DNA of 64,000 nucleotides, taken from contig CAWDKY010000029.1 of assembly GCA_963802945.1 (NCBI GenBank), positions 1 through 64,000 on the forward strand, written 5' to 3'. The notes under the pieces were generated by a model, which saw only the letters and a list, made by a program, of their open reading frames with translations, was not told where the DNA came from and did no database searches. Within the stretch, counting starts at the first letter, position 1. Each line of letters starts with the position of its first letter. Both the position numbers and the translations under genes were made by a program. Positions 1-11,159 of this stretch are shown here, in pieces. The DNA is from an uncultured delta proteobacterium. GTDB taxonomy: Bacteria > Desulfobacterota > RBG-13-43-22.

Positions 1-80
1 CGCCGAGTTGCCCATCATCAAAAATAGGGGATGACGGTCAGAACCTGAGTCATGGGACAGAAAAATTTACAATTCTAATT

Positions 81-674
81 TTACCAGACCATCTGGAATC
101 GGGTCATGATGGCCTGCTCGTAACCTTGCCTTTGCGGCGTGGTCCCGACGCTGACAGTGATCGGGTTATCAAAGGTGGTATAATAGGTTAGCTGGATCCT
201 AACTACGTCATTTAGGTACCAATTTAGGCCGAAGCTACAGCCCGCAGTCCCATTGGTATATAGATGGGTGGGATCCGCAACTCCCAGGATACTTTTGTCC
301 ATCTCCAACCATTCATAACGTCCTACGAGTTGAATGGCACCGGTTCCTCCTTTGCCAAAGACAAACGGGTTTGTAGGGGTGACTGCCTGAGGTAGCCCAT
401 CTTTCCAGGGTTGTTGCTCACCAGTCAGGAACCAGCCCAAGGAGACATATCCCGAGTTGCCGCCAAAGTTTGCCGTAGTTTTGCCATTATTCAGACCATT
501 TAACTGAAGGGTGTCATATTCGGATTTAAGGGATACGGGGCCAACCATCCAGGCCAGTTCAGCCCCCAATCGGGTTAGACTTCCATTCTCTTTATCGGCA
601 ACGTCTATTTCCTCTCTTACCTTATACTGAGCAAGGCGGGAGTTGTCTTCAATATCTGGGGAAAACAGGGACAA
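81..674 (-). pseudogene. C-terminal part of an OprO/OprP-like (phosphate-selective) porin, 5'-truncated
   Basis: Motifs GYVSLGWFLTGE, QLVGRYE, FGLNWYLN and a terminal aromatic residue (RFQMVW). No signal peptide, and about half the expected length. Confidence 0.6.
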
Positions 675-1020
675 CAGTTGCCATAAGGATTATGGGCCAT
701 ATGCTGTTCTCCATAGCCATTCAGTTCATAATCGGGAGTGTTAACGACGCATTTCCTCGCTTTGCCGGATAGGAGAACGGAAAAATATCAAAACGACCTG
801 ATTAGAAAAAGTTCAACTTAAAATAAGAGGAATATATGAATGCGGGGGCTAATATTTAATTGACATACAAGACGAACAATTTTATATTTCAGCCAGCAAT
901 AAGCAAAATTTTATCGTAATAATTTTTAACAACGAATGCTAAGAGGTATTATATTGATCTGCATAAAATCCAAGTGGAAAATTAAGAATACTATTGATAG
1001 CGTTTATATGAGGAGGCCAG

Positions 1021-1746
1021 ATGGAGCGTAATAATGCAGCTTTTCAAACGCAGGTATTGAGTCCGGAACAGCTTGAGGCCATTAGGCGGTTTAATACCTG
1101 TACCATCGCAGACGCCATCGAATGCTTCGGTGTCCGGCTGAGCAATGAGGGGTTTACCCGCCCCGGGCTCTGCCCTGTGACCGGCCCGGACGAGCGGATA
1201 ATTGGCTACGCCTGTACGTTCCGGGTTAAATCGTCTGACCCGCCGGTGACTGGGGGGCGCTTTGCCGAACGCACCGACTGGTGGAGCGCGATCGAACGTC
1301 TGCCGCGTCCAAGGATTGCGGTGTTCGAAAAACTGCACGAAGACGCTGGAGAAGGGGCCTGTATCGGGGAGGTTCACGGGGCAATCCTCAAGGCCTTCGG
1401 CTGTGACGGGGTGATCACCAATTCTTCAGTTCGCGACGTTTCCGGTCTCAGAAAGCTGCGGCTCGCGGTATTCGCGAAGTCTGTCATGGTATCGCAATCC
1501 TTCATGCACATCCTCGACTTTGGCACGCCGGTCGAGATATTCGGGCTTACGGTACGTCCGGGGGACCTTCTCTATGCGGACTGTCACGGGGTGCTTGACA
1601 TTCCAATCGGGATCGCGGCGAAACTCCCCGAGGTTGCGGAGCATATTAGACGAAAAGATCAATCTATCATCGAGCTCTGTCAGGCCCCCGATTTTTCTTC
1701 CCAAAAGCTGCTCAAGGTACTTCGGGAAAACGAACAGTGCAGTTGA
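1021..1746 (+). CDS. RraA family / HMG-CHA aldolase-like protein
   Basis: TCTIADAIE, IGYACT, GEVHG, GVITNSSVRD and VRPGDLLYADCHGVL match the RraA-like fold. RBS GAGGAGG upstream. Confidence 0.85.
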   Translation: MERNNAAFQTQVLSPEQLEAIRRFNTCTIADAIECFGVRLSNEGFTRPGLCPVTGPDERIIGYACTFRVKSSDPPVTGGRFAERTDWWSAIERLPRPRIAVFEKLHEDAGEGACIGEVHGAILKAFGCDGVITNSSVRDVSGLRKLRLAVFAKSVMVSQSFMHILDFGTPVEIFGLTVRPGDLLYADCHGVLDIPIGIAAKLPEVAEHIRRKDQSIIELCQAPDFSSQKLLKVLRENEQCS

Positions 1747-2107
1747 AAATCAGCCTGGGTGCCATGGCCATCCCTGCCTACTCCCCAACATTATCGTCTT
1801 ACAACTTCACAACAAAATTAACTTGCACAAAGCAATTTTGACGGTATGAGCTTATCATTCATGGGATAACAGCACTAAACGAGAATTATTATACGTTAAC
1901 ATTACAACATGTTTATGAATTCAGGGAATGGCGTGAACACCAACAGAGTTACTGTCAATTGGCATCTGTTCATTCATTTAAACCACCAACATCATGATTT
2001 TTTAATGGTTAAGTTTTTATCAGTGTGCGTAAAGTCCGCTTCGTGTGGTGACACCCCATTTACCTTATTAAGGTATAGTTGTATTTTTTGTTCTACTTTT
2101 AAAGTTG

Positions 2108-2459
2108 TCTACCACAAGGTCAGTTGTTGACTCCTGGGCTCCGATCGAGAAACCTTTCAACTGCTTCAGTCCCGACTCCGGGACACAACCCTTGTCTCCC
2201 GAAGTAAATTCAACCTCTTTAACTGCACACCTGCCGAATATTCATATAAGGCCTTTAATGGATACGGACTTTGCAAGATCATGCCCGCTTATCAGGTCTC
2301 GTCTGCTCAATATTCGATTTCTGTTCGTCAGCTCACGGCTTTGTTACACGCCACCTTCAACCCCGACTCGTGACAATGCCTTTGCACTCCGTTAGCACTT
2401 CATCTCCATCGGGTGTGCAGAGGACTTGCACCCCAAGCTGCTAAACATGCTCGGCACAC
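2108..2459 (-). mobile_element. 5' remnant of a group IIC intron (mainly domain I), no RT ORF
   Basis: Minus strand starts GTGTGCCGAGCATG...GGGGTGCAAGTCC (GUGYG 5' boundary), followed by IIC-like domain I sequence (GAGCTGACGAACAGAAATCG). It lies about 10 nt after an intrinsic terminator. Confidence 0.75.
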
Positions 2460-2468
2460 ATGGACTGG

Positions 2469-2496
2469 AAAAAACGGAGAAGCTGCGCCCTTTCCG
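2469..2496 (-). terminator. Intrinsic terminator of the RND-TolC operon
   Basis: Minus strand CGGAAAGGGC-GCA-GCTTCTCCG-TTTTTT downstream of the TolC stop. Confidence 0.6.
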
Positions 2497-2523
2497 AAAA
2501 AGTACGCTCACAATAAGGGTAAG

Positions 2524-3817
2524 TTATTTCAGCGTGCCGATCTGGAAATCGACGTTGAGGCGATATGCCTGCCAATCGTATTTCGCGCTTGCCGCAGCGA
2601 TCTGTGCCGACGTCAGGTTCAGCTGGGCCTGGCTCAGTTCAACGATGGAACTGAGGCCGAGGGTGTAGCGGCTTTGGGCAAGGTCGAGCGAAGACTGCGC
2701 CTGGCTGAGCATCTGTTCGGTAAGGGCCAACCGGTCATAGGCTGTTTTTCCATTCAGGTAGGCAATGCGGACGTCACGACCGACCTGGAACTCCAGATCG
2801 TTGACCCGTTTCATGGCAGCTTCCGACTGAAGCTTTGCCTCGGTTTCACGGGCCTTGAAGAGCCCGCCGTTGAAAATCGGGATGTTGATGTTTACGCCGA
2901 TGGCGCCGTAGTGGTCCGCCACCTCTGATGCGCCGGCCGGCACGAGGCCGGCCGCCCCCATGATCCCGATGTTCGGGTAGTGGAGCGCGTGCTCGGCACT
3001 GGCGAATTTTTCGGCCGCACTCTGCTCCAGGTGGAGCCCCTTCAGATCGGGGCGGTTCTGGAGCGCCTGCTGCACCAGTTCATCCGGCTGATCGGGGAGC
3101 GGCTCCGGCATCGGCTCTTCGGCAAGATCGAACGAGGTGCCACCCGGCAGTCCCAGCACGGCGGCAAGCTGGGACTGGACAGCTTTCAGGGAGTTTTCCG
3201 ACTGAACTAGGAGCAGCTTGGCATCGCCGAGATTGACGTTGGCGAAGCTGACGTCGAGCATCGATTTCAGCTTGCTATTGGCCAGTGCGGTAACCTGGTC
3301 GGCCACCAGCTGCCGTGTCTCGACGGTTTGTCGGGCAATCTGTAAAACGGCCTGCGCCCGGAGCACCCCGAAATAGGCCTGACCGGTCGTCAGGAGTATA
3401 TCGGCACGGGTCTGTTCGGCCGTCTGGTTTTGGGCATCCGCGCGAAGCTTTGCCATGTCGACCAGGTTCCCGGTCCGGCCGAAGTCGGTGACCATCTGGT
3501 TGACGGTAATGCCGCCGGCGACGTGATCGTAGACGATCGGATTGGTCAATCCCCCCACTGCCATACGGGTGCCGTTTTCGGCGTCCACTCCGGTGGCGCT
3601 GGCTAAGAGCGTGGGAAAATAGGCCGACCGGTATTGTGCCGGGACTTGGGAAGAGGCGGCAGCGACAAGTGTTGCCGCAGCCAGTTGAGGATTGTTCTTC
3701 ACTGCCAGCTTTTCCGCCTCCGCCAGCGTCAGGTGCAGTTTCTCCTGGGCATGAGATGGGGGTACTCACAAGAACGAGGAGCAAGGCCCCTATGGTAATA
3801 ATTAAACGTTTGATCAT
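2524..3817 (-). CDS. TolC family outer-membrane efflux protein (frameshift near 3730)
   Basis: Two OEP repeats (ALQNRPDL, GVNINIPIF, SRYTLGLSSIVELSQAQ). The signal peptide MIKRLIITIGALLLVLV lies in another frame, after RBS GGAGGAG. Confidence 0.85.
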
Positions 3818-3855
3818 ACACTCCTCCATTTTTGCAACAGCGATCCGATTCCCAA

Positions 3856-6800
3856 TCACTTTCGATCTTTGCTGTACACCAGCAGATACGTGGCGGGTAC
3901 CAGGAATACCGTAAGCACGACCGATACGCCCAATCCCCCCAGAATCGCCCGCGCCAGCGGGGCGTACGACTCGCTCCCTGCCCCCACCTTGAGCGCCATA
4001 GGGAGAAGTCCGATGATGGTCGCCAGGGAGGTCATCAGCACCGGACGGAGCCTGACGCGGCAGGCAACTGTCACCGCCTCCTTAACGCCGACCCCCTCCT
4101 CCCGCTGATGGCGGGTGAATTCGACGATCAGGATGCTGTTCGATACCGCAATCCCCACCAGCATGACGACCCCCATAAGCGACATAACGTTGAGCGTCGT
4201 CCCGGTCAGCAGAAGGGTGACGATCACCCCCATCAACCCCGGTGGTACGGCGACCAGGATGATGAATGGGTCGATGAAAGACCGGAACTGGGCCACCAGG
4301 ATCAGGTAGAGGAGGACTACCGCAAGGCAGAGACCGGCAGCGAAGCTGCTGAACGAGGACCTCATCCCCTGCACACTTCCACGCAGGGTGACGGTCAATC
4401 CTTCGGGCACTTTGGTCCTGGCGATGATGCCGTCGATGGTGTTGGCGATCTTGCCCAGGTCTTCGTGCTCCGGCCGGACATAAATGTCAATAGTACGGCG
4501 CAGCTGGTAATGGTCAACCTCCGTGGGGGAGTTGATGCGGTGCAGGCTGCTGATCATGTTCAGTCGGGTCGGATTGGCGCTGCCGACAGCCTTAAGCGGG
4601 ATTGCCGACAGGTCCGACAAGGAGGTGATCTGGTTTTCCGGATACTGGACCGTCAGCATATAGTCGTTGCCGGTCTTAGGATCGATCCAGATAGCTCGGC
4701 GCGATCATACCGTTAGAGGTGAGCGCGGTAATGACGTTGTCGACCACCTCCTGCTGGTTCAGGCCGAGCTCGCTGGAACGGGTCCGGTCGATATCCATCC
4801 TGATCGCCGGATAGTTCAAATCCTGAGGTATGTATGTGTCTGCCACTCCACTTATCGTGCGGATTTGGGCGGCGAGCTTCTGGGCCATGTCAAAGGCGGC
4901 CTGCATGTTGGAGCCCGCCACCTGCACATCGATCGGGGCCGGCATCCCCATGTTCAGTACGGCGTCCACCAGGCCGCCGGACTGGAAGTAGGCGGTCAGC
5001 TCCGGAAGCTCTGCGGCAATCCGCCGTTTCACCCGGTCCATGTACTCGTAGCTACCTACCTTGTGTTCTCCCTTCAGGCTCACCTGGACGAACGCTGTGT
5101 GCATGGCGGAGTTTGGGGTATAGATGGCAGAAAAGTCGGGGGTCGAACCGATGTTGGAGACCACCATTCCTAGGTCTTCAGGGAGGACAACTTGGCGAAC
5201 CAGGTTCTCCACCTTGGCGACCTCATCCTCCGTCACGGAGAGGCGCGTGCCGGACGGGGCTTTGAGGTTGACGACGAACTGGCCGGCGTCGGTTCTCGGG
5301 AAGAAAGATACCCCCAAGAGCGGGAAGAGGGCCATGCTGAGCGCAAAGATCACGCCGAACCAGGCCAGCGTCGCGACCGGTCGCCGCAGCGTCACGCCGA
5401 CAGCACGGTCATAGAGCTTGAGAAAAGATTCGAAGCGGTCGTTAAACCAGACGTTGAAGCGTTCGTTGAAGGTGCTCCACCCTTTCGGGTGGTCCACCGC
5501 GACGGGCGTCTCGGAAGCCGGCGTGCCGTGGTGGGCGGGGGCCTTGATGAAGCGGGCACAAAAGAGGGGCACGACGGTCATGGCAACAATGTATGAGGCA
5601 AAAAGAGAAAGACGACGGTCAGAGCCAAGGCCGAGAAGAGAAACTTGCTTACCCCATAGAGGAAAGTGACCGGGAAGAACACTACCACAGTGGTAAGGGT
5701 AGCGGCCAGCACCGGAAGCGCCACTTCCCTTCCTCCCTTTTCGGCGGCTACCTCGGGGGACTCCCCGAGTTCAAGGTGGCGGTAAATGTTCTCCAGAACG
5801 ACGACCGAGTTGTCGATCAGCCGGGAAAAGGCGAGCGCCAGCCCTCCCAGCACCATGCTGTTGATGGAACTCCCCCCTAGCGAGAGGGCGATGAAGGTCG
5901 CTAGGGCCGAGAGGGGGATCGAGAAAAAGACTGCCACCGTGGCCCGCATGCTGCCGAGGAATACCAGGATCATCACCGAGGTGAGGAAGAGGCCGATCGC
6001 ACCCTCATGCAAAAGCGTCTCGATCGCAGTCTTCACGAACACCGACTGGTCGAACACCACCCGGCTGATCAACTCCTTCGGCACATCGAGCAGGCGCTTC
6101 ACCGCATGCTTGATCCCGTCCACTACCGCGATGGTGTTGGTGTCCCCCCCCTGCTTCAGGACCGGGAGGTAGACCGACCGCTGGCCGTCAACCCGGACGA
6201 TGTTGGTCTGGATCTGCTGAGCGTCCTTGGCAGTGCCAATATCCGCCACGCGGACCGGCGATTGGCCAACCATTTTGATCGGCAGCTCATTGATCTGTTC
6301 GACTGTGTCCAGCTGGCTGTTGGTGTATATGTTGTAGTCGAGGGGGCCGATCTGCACGTCGCCGGAGGGAAGGATCAGGTTTGATTCGTTGATTGCCCGC
6401 ACCACGTCCATGATACTCATCTGGTGTGCTTCTAGCTTGTGGGGATCGGTATAGACCATGATCTGGCGGTAGCGCCCGCCGAAAGGTTGGGGGACGCTGG
6501 CGCCCGGAACGCCGGCGATCTGGTTGCGCACCTGGAACTGTGCAAGGTCGCGCAGTTTGGTCTCATCCAGCCCCTCTCCCTTCAGGGTCACCAGACAGAC
6601 CGGCAGGCTCGAAGCATCAAACTTGAGTACCACCGGCGGCAGTGTCCCCGGCGGGAGCCGGCGCAACTGCGCCATGGCCAGGTTGGAGATGGTGGTGACC
6701 GCCGAATCTGGATTGGTTCCCGGCTGGAAGTAGACCTTGATCACGCTCACCCCCGGCAGGGATCGGGATTCGATGTGATCAATACCGCTTCCCAAGGTAA

Positions 6801-7005
6801 AGAAGCGCTCGAAGCGGCTGGTGATGTCGGTTTCGATCTGCTCGGGGGGCATCCCTGAGTAAAACGTGGCCACGACCACCACCGGAATGTTCATAGAAGG
6901 GAACATGTCGACCGGCATCCGGTTCAGGCTGGTGACCCCCACCACGAGAATGAAAAGGCTGACGACGATGATGAAATACGGATTGCGGATTGCAAAACGA
7001 GACAT
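3856..7005 (-). CDS. RND efflux permease (AcrB/CusA-like), split into three ORFs by two frameshifts (~4670, ~5600)
   Basis: MSRFAIRNP start, DNSVVVLENI, FFPRTDAGQF, GIAVSNSILIV, RLRPVLMTSLATIIGLLPMAL. Confidence 0.9.
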
Positions 7006-7008
7006 GGT

Positions 7009-8196
7009 TTAGTTCTCCTGGTGGCCGTTCGCCGAGGGTGCTCTGCCCAAGGTCGTGACCTTGGGCTGCACTTCCTGGCCGGCCTGCAGGCCGGAGCGCT
7101 CGCCGATCACGACGAGGTCCCCTTCCTTCAGCCCGGAAAGGACTTCCACCTTGTTGGCAGTCTCCAGCCCGAGGGAGACAAGCCGGACCTCGATCCGGTT
7201 GCCGGTTGTCACCACCATTACTCGCCCACTATTGCCGTTCGCTCCTTCCTTGGGTTGCTGGGAGGCTTCGCCGCCGGTCAAATCGACCGCGGTCACCGGA
7301 ATAGCTAGACACCTTGTCGCGCCGGTTGAGGTTTAAACTCACTTCCGCGTACATTCCCGGAACCAAGACCATCTTCGGATTCGGCACATCGATCTCGGTG
7401 TCCATGGTGCGCGTGCTAGTTGGAAAGTTTGCTGGTGAAACGGGCAACCTTGCCGGAAAACGCACGGTTGAGGGTCGGGACGCGCACCATCGACCTGCTG
7501 GCCGATATGGACGGTGGGAACGGCCGACTCGGGAACTGGGACAATGAGCCTGAGCATGCTGTTTTCGGAGAGGCGCACCAGGGGCATGGCCTGGGTCTGG
7601 GAGGCGGTGCCGGCCTGAATCATCGAGCCGATGTCCGCATAACGTTTGGTCACCACGCCGTCGAAGGGGGCGGTCACCCGCGAGTAATCGAGCATCGTTT
7701 TGATCCTCCCCAGTGCGGCTCTCGCCGCTGCAACCTGGGCCTCCGCCACCAAGTCCCTGCTCCTGGCATCGTCGATCTCCTGCTGGGCCACCAATCCTGG
7801 TCTCTGGGCCGCAACCTGGGAAAGCCTTTTGAAGGAGAGATCTGCGATGTCATGCGCCGCTTGCGCCCGGCGCAATTCGTCCTTACCCACCGTTAGGTCA
7901 TCCGCCATCTCCGGGACTTCCAGCACGGCCAGCAACTGGCCCTTTTTCACCCGGTCCCCGATATCCACATAGATGGCCTTGACGTACCCCGCTACTTTGG
8001 CCATTACCTCAATCTCCTGAAACGGCCTCAACTCGGCGGTCAGGCTCAGGTCCCGCGACAGGTCTTCCACGGCGGCTTTTGCCACGGCCACGGTCACCGC
8101 TGTTTTCTCACTACCTGTCTTGGAACAGGCAGCGACGAATAGGACGGTAATAGCGATTGCCATTGTGTATGCCGCAAGTGCAACGAATCTTGACAT
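7009..8196 (-). CDS. RND efflux periplasmic adaptor (MFP), several frameshifts at 7300-7490
   Basis: Lipobox VAAC, KVAGYVKAIYVDIGDRVKKGQLLA, TAPFDGVV, TRTMDTEIDVPNP-LVPGMYA and VEVLSGLKEGDLVV, spread over three frames. Confidence 0.85.
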
Positions 8197-8441
8197 GGGT
8201 TTTCCTCTTATGAAGGAGGGAGTTGTATAAATCATCTGAATTCTCCGTAACATACGTCCGGGATTCTTATATATTTTTTTGGAAACTATGTCAATTTTGA
8301 TACGATTGTCAATACAAATTTTTTTATCACGGATTCAATACGTTCAGTGATCAATAAGAGTCGATTAATCCCTATTCCCTAAACATTTATTCAGGTTTCA
8401 TAAACTACAGCCGGTAAGTCCGTTTTATTAATGACAGGTTA

Positions 8442-9360
8442 TTATTTTTCTTCACCTGCTTCACCGTATTGCTCTTTGATGAAATCTTTGCTGTTGGCAA
8501 GGCCTTCTTTACGGGCCTGTCCAACTTTTAGAAATTTCCCGACCATGAGCAGGTGCGCTTCCTTGGGCAGTTCCTTATAGCTGATCTCTTCTAAAAAACG
8601 GCTCACGGTGCTGGTGATGACTTTTTGTTGTTCCCGATCACCGGCATGGTTTACCACAGCAACAGGGGTGTCTTTTGGATAATGACGTTTCAGTTGTGCG
8701 AAGAGTTTGGGATAATTCAGATGCATGGTGTAAAATATCATCGAGGTTCGGGTGGCCATCAACTTCTCGTTGGTATCGGCGCGACCGGGCCAATCCGACA
8801 TGGTCAAAATGACTGAACTGGTGTTCCAGCCGTAAGGTGGACTCATCTTGACCGCCGCACTGGCCGCCTGGAAGGCCCCGACTCCGGGAATAATTTCTGA
8901 AGGGAAATCTTTGGGCAACATCTCTAGATAAAAGGTGTTGCCGAAAATCATAGGATCCCCCCACTGCAGGGAGGCCACATTTTTACCTTTTTCCACTGCT
9001 GACTTTATTTTTTCTATTATCTCCTGGCGGAGTTTGGCATTTTGAATGGCCCTTTCCTTTTCAGCCGGATTTTTAATTTATTTGGGATCCGTTCCATAAT
9101 AAACCCTGATACCGGGGCCAAGGAACCAAACTTCCTTGGTGCCGATCAGTTTTTTCCAGGCGTCCTGATCCCTTGGTTCTTCGAGGAGAATGATATCGGC
9201 CTGCTTAACACATTCCGCGCCACGGATGGTTAGAAGGTCCGGGGTGGTGCCCATTCCAACGATTAAAAATTTGCCTGAAGCCGCCAATACGCCACCAGAT
9301 AAGAGAAAAAGGAAAATTAGGGTCCCCAAGGATGATCCGACCTTTCATTTTTTTCGGCAT
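8442..9360 (-). CDS. Tetrapyrrole (corrin/porphyrin) methylase family protein with apparent signal peptide; in-frame TAA at 9078-9080 and an indel near the start
   Basis: FLIVGMG-PDLLTIRG, LQWGDPMIFG and IIPGVGAFQAA motifs. ORFs 9078..9329 and 8442..8996 are in the same frame. Hydrophobic N-terminus ending VLA-A. Confidence 0.75.
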
Positions 9361-9424
9361 TTTTCTTCTCCTTTTTATTCTGGGTCATTATTCGAAGGGT
9401 TAGAAAGAATTGGTAAGAGAGTGA

Positions 9425-10171
9425 CTATGACTCCAAGCGATAAATGATGGGAATAACCAGCCGAGCCTCACCAGGCGGCTTTGGGAAGGGGGCGGTGTCC
9501 TTAACGGTCTCTATGGCACTCTTATCCAGTATGGTAAAACCTGAACTTTGAATGATCTTGAATTCTCTGACGGATCCGTCTGCCGTAATGATAAAGGAAA
9601 GAAGGACTTTCCCTTGCCAGCCCATGCGCCGTGCCATGTCAGGGTAGTTGATGTTCCTGAGAATTTTATCTCGAATATAGGCAAAGTGACTTTTTAAATA
9701 TTTTGCCTTAGCCGATTCGTTCCCACCATCCGAATTTCCCAGGCCTGAGCCTGTTCCCGACCCCTCTTTTGACCCTCCGGGGGTTCCAGGGGATCCCTCT
9801 TTGATAGACTTTGAACCGGTCACCATTCCAAGGCCAAGAGAACTGCCTCCTGGGTCTTGGGCTTCCGGGAGTTTCACCACTGCTGGAATTTCCGGGGAGG
9901 GTGATAGATTGGGCCTTTCTTCCGGCAATCTGGGAGGTCCTTTTTCCTTTAAGGCCTGACGGGCCTTGGGCTTAATCGGTTTTGTTTTTATACCAGGCGT
10001 TGGAGCCTGCGGCTCGACCTTTTTGGCATGGAATTCCGGTTTACGCAAATTGAAATCCAATACCGTCAACTTTTTAGATTGACCGATGAAGATGCTTAGA
10101 ATGATGACAACGACAAGAATCAGGCTGTGAAGCAGAAAGGATATTTGGAAGGCCCTGGTCTGGTAATTCAC
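9425..10171 (-). CDS. tonB: Energy transducer TonB
   Basis: N-terminal TM helix with SxxLH, Pro/Lys-rich linker, YPDMARRMGWQGKVLLSF and SSG-ILDKSA. Confidence 0.9.
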   Translation of the reverse strand: MNYQTRAFQISFLLHSLILVVVIILSIFIGQSKKLTVLDFNLRKPEFHAKKVEPQAPTPGIKTKPIKPKARQALKEKGPPRLPEERPNLSPSPEIPAVVKLPEAQDPGGSSLGLGMVTGSKSIKEGSPGTPGGSKEGSGTGSGLGNSDGGNESAKAKYLKSHFAYIRDKILRNINYPDMARRMGWQGKVLLSFIITADGSVREFKIIQSSGFTILDKSAIETVKDTAPFPKPPGEARLVIPIIYRLES

Positions 10172-10548
10172 GGTCCTTCCTCGGTCTGGAGACTGATGCG
10201 GGAAAAATCCAAGCCCTTGAGGACATCCAGGACACTGACGAAGTTCTGCAGGATGATGCTGCGGTCGGCCCTAATCAAAACAGGGACTTTCTTGTTCAGG
10301 GAACTCAGGTCGGTTTTCAATTCTTCCAAAGATACGGGTTTGGAATTCAAATAGATCTTTCCGGCCCGGTCGATTTCAATGGTCTGGGTTTTCAGGATTT
10401 CCCCTGCGCTTCGATGGGCTTTGGGCAGATCCATGGGAATCATACCGCTGGCGATAAAGGAAGAGGTGGTGAGCACAATGGTCAGGAGGACCAGCATGAC
10501 ATCCACTAGGGGAATGACATTGATATAATCAAACTCCTTTTCTTCCAC
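10168..10548 (-). CDS. exbD: Biopolymer transporter ExbD
   Basis: INVIPLVDVMLVLL and VLIRAD motifs. Confidence 0.92.
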   Translation of the reverse strand: MEEKEFDYINVIPLVDVMLVLLTIVLTTSSFIASGMIPMDLPKAHRSAGEILKTQTIEIDRAGKIYLNSKPVSLEELKTDLSSLNKKVPVLIRADRSIILQNFVSVLDVLKGLDFSRISLQTEEGP

Positions 10549-10963
10549 GTTCGATCTCCCAGTTCATAAGCAGGACTTTAACTTTTCTAAGCAGAAAATT
10601 GTATAAAGAGACGGAGGGAATGGCCACCAAAAGGCCGATGGCCGTGGCCTTCAAGGCCAGGGCCAGACCGACCATGATCTTGCCCGTGTCCATAAAACCC
10701 TCTTGTCCGATCATATAAAAAGTCAGCATGATACCCAGGACCGTTCCCAACAGACCGATATAGGGGGCATTGCTGCCTATGGTGGCGATGAGATGGATTT
10801 TTTTGGTGAGTTCCAACTCCAGGCTCTTTTGGTCCGGGAAGGCCTCCAGTTTTATATGTTTATAGACATGAAACCTTTCGATGGCAATCCCTACGGCCAT
10901 CATACTTAAGAGGATCAAAAATCCTATGATCCCATAATCGACAACAACTTTAAGCCATTCCAT
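10529..10963 (-). CDS. exbB: TonB system energizer ExbB
   Basis: ATIGSNAPYIGLLGTVLGIM and ALKATAIGLLVAIP. Confidence 0.92.
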   Translation of the reverse strand: MEWLKVVVDYGIIGFLILLSMMAVGIAIERFHVYKHIKLEAFPDQKSLELELTKKIHLIATIGSNAPYIGLLGTVLGIMLTFYMIGQEGFMDTGKIMVGLALALKATAIGLLVAIPSVSLYNFLLRKVKVLLMNWEIERGRKGV

Positions 10964-11159
10964 TTTTAACTTTCTTAGACCTTTGGTAATAACGTATGTT
11001 TAAAAATAGTGTCAATTTAAAGATTGAGTATTCTGTCCGGTTGAGCAGATAATACTTAACATGAAAGAGGTCGAGGGTTCAATGGATATTTTTGGAAAGT
11101 TAAACCATTGAACCTCGAATCCTGTCCCGTCGACGGCGGGATTGGCCCTTCTTGTTTTT

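Noticed and set aside
2413-7972. Many plus-strand ORFs (e.g. 3832..4716, 294 aa) across the RND operon
   Set aside because: Shadow frames of well-supported minus-strand genes.
9078-9080. Recoded stop (selenocysteine or pyrrolysine) in the methylase gene
   Set aside because: The codon is TAA, not TGA or TAG, so a nonsense mutation or sequencing error is more likely.
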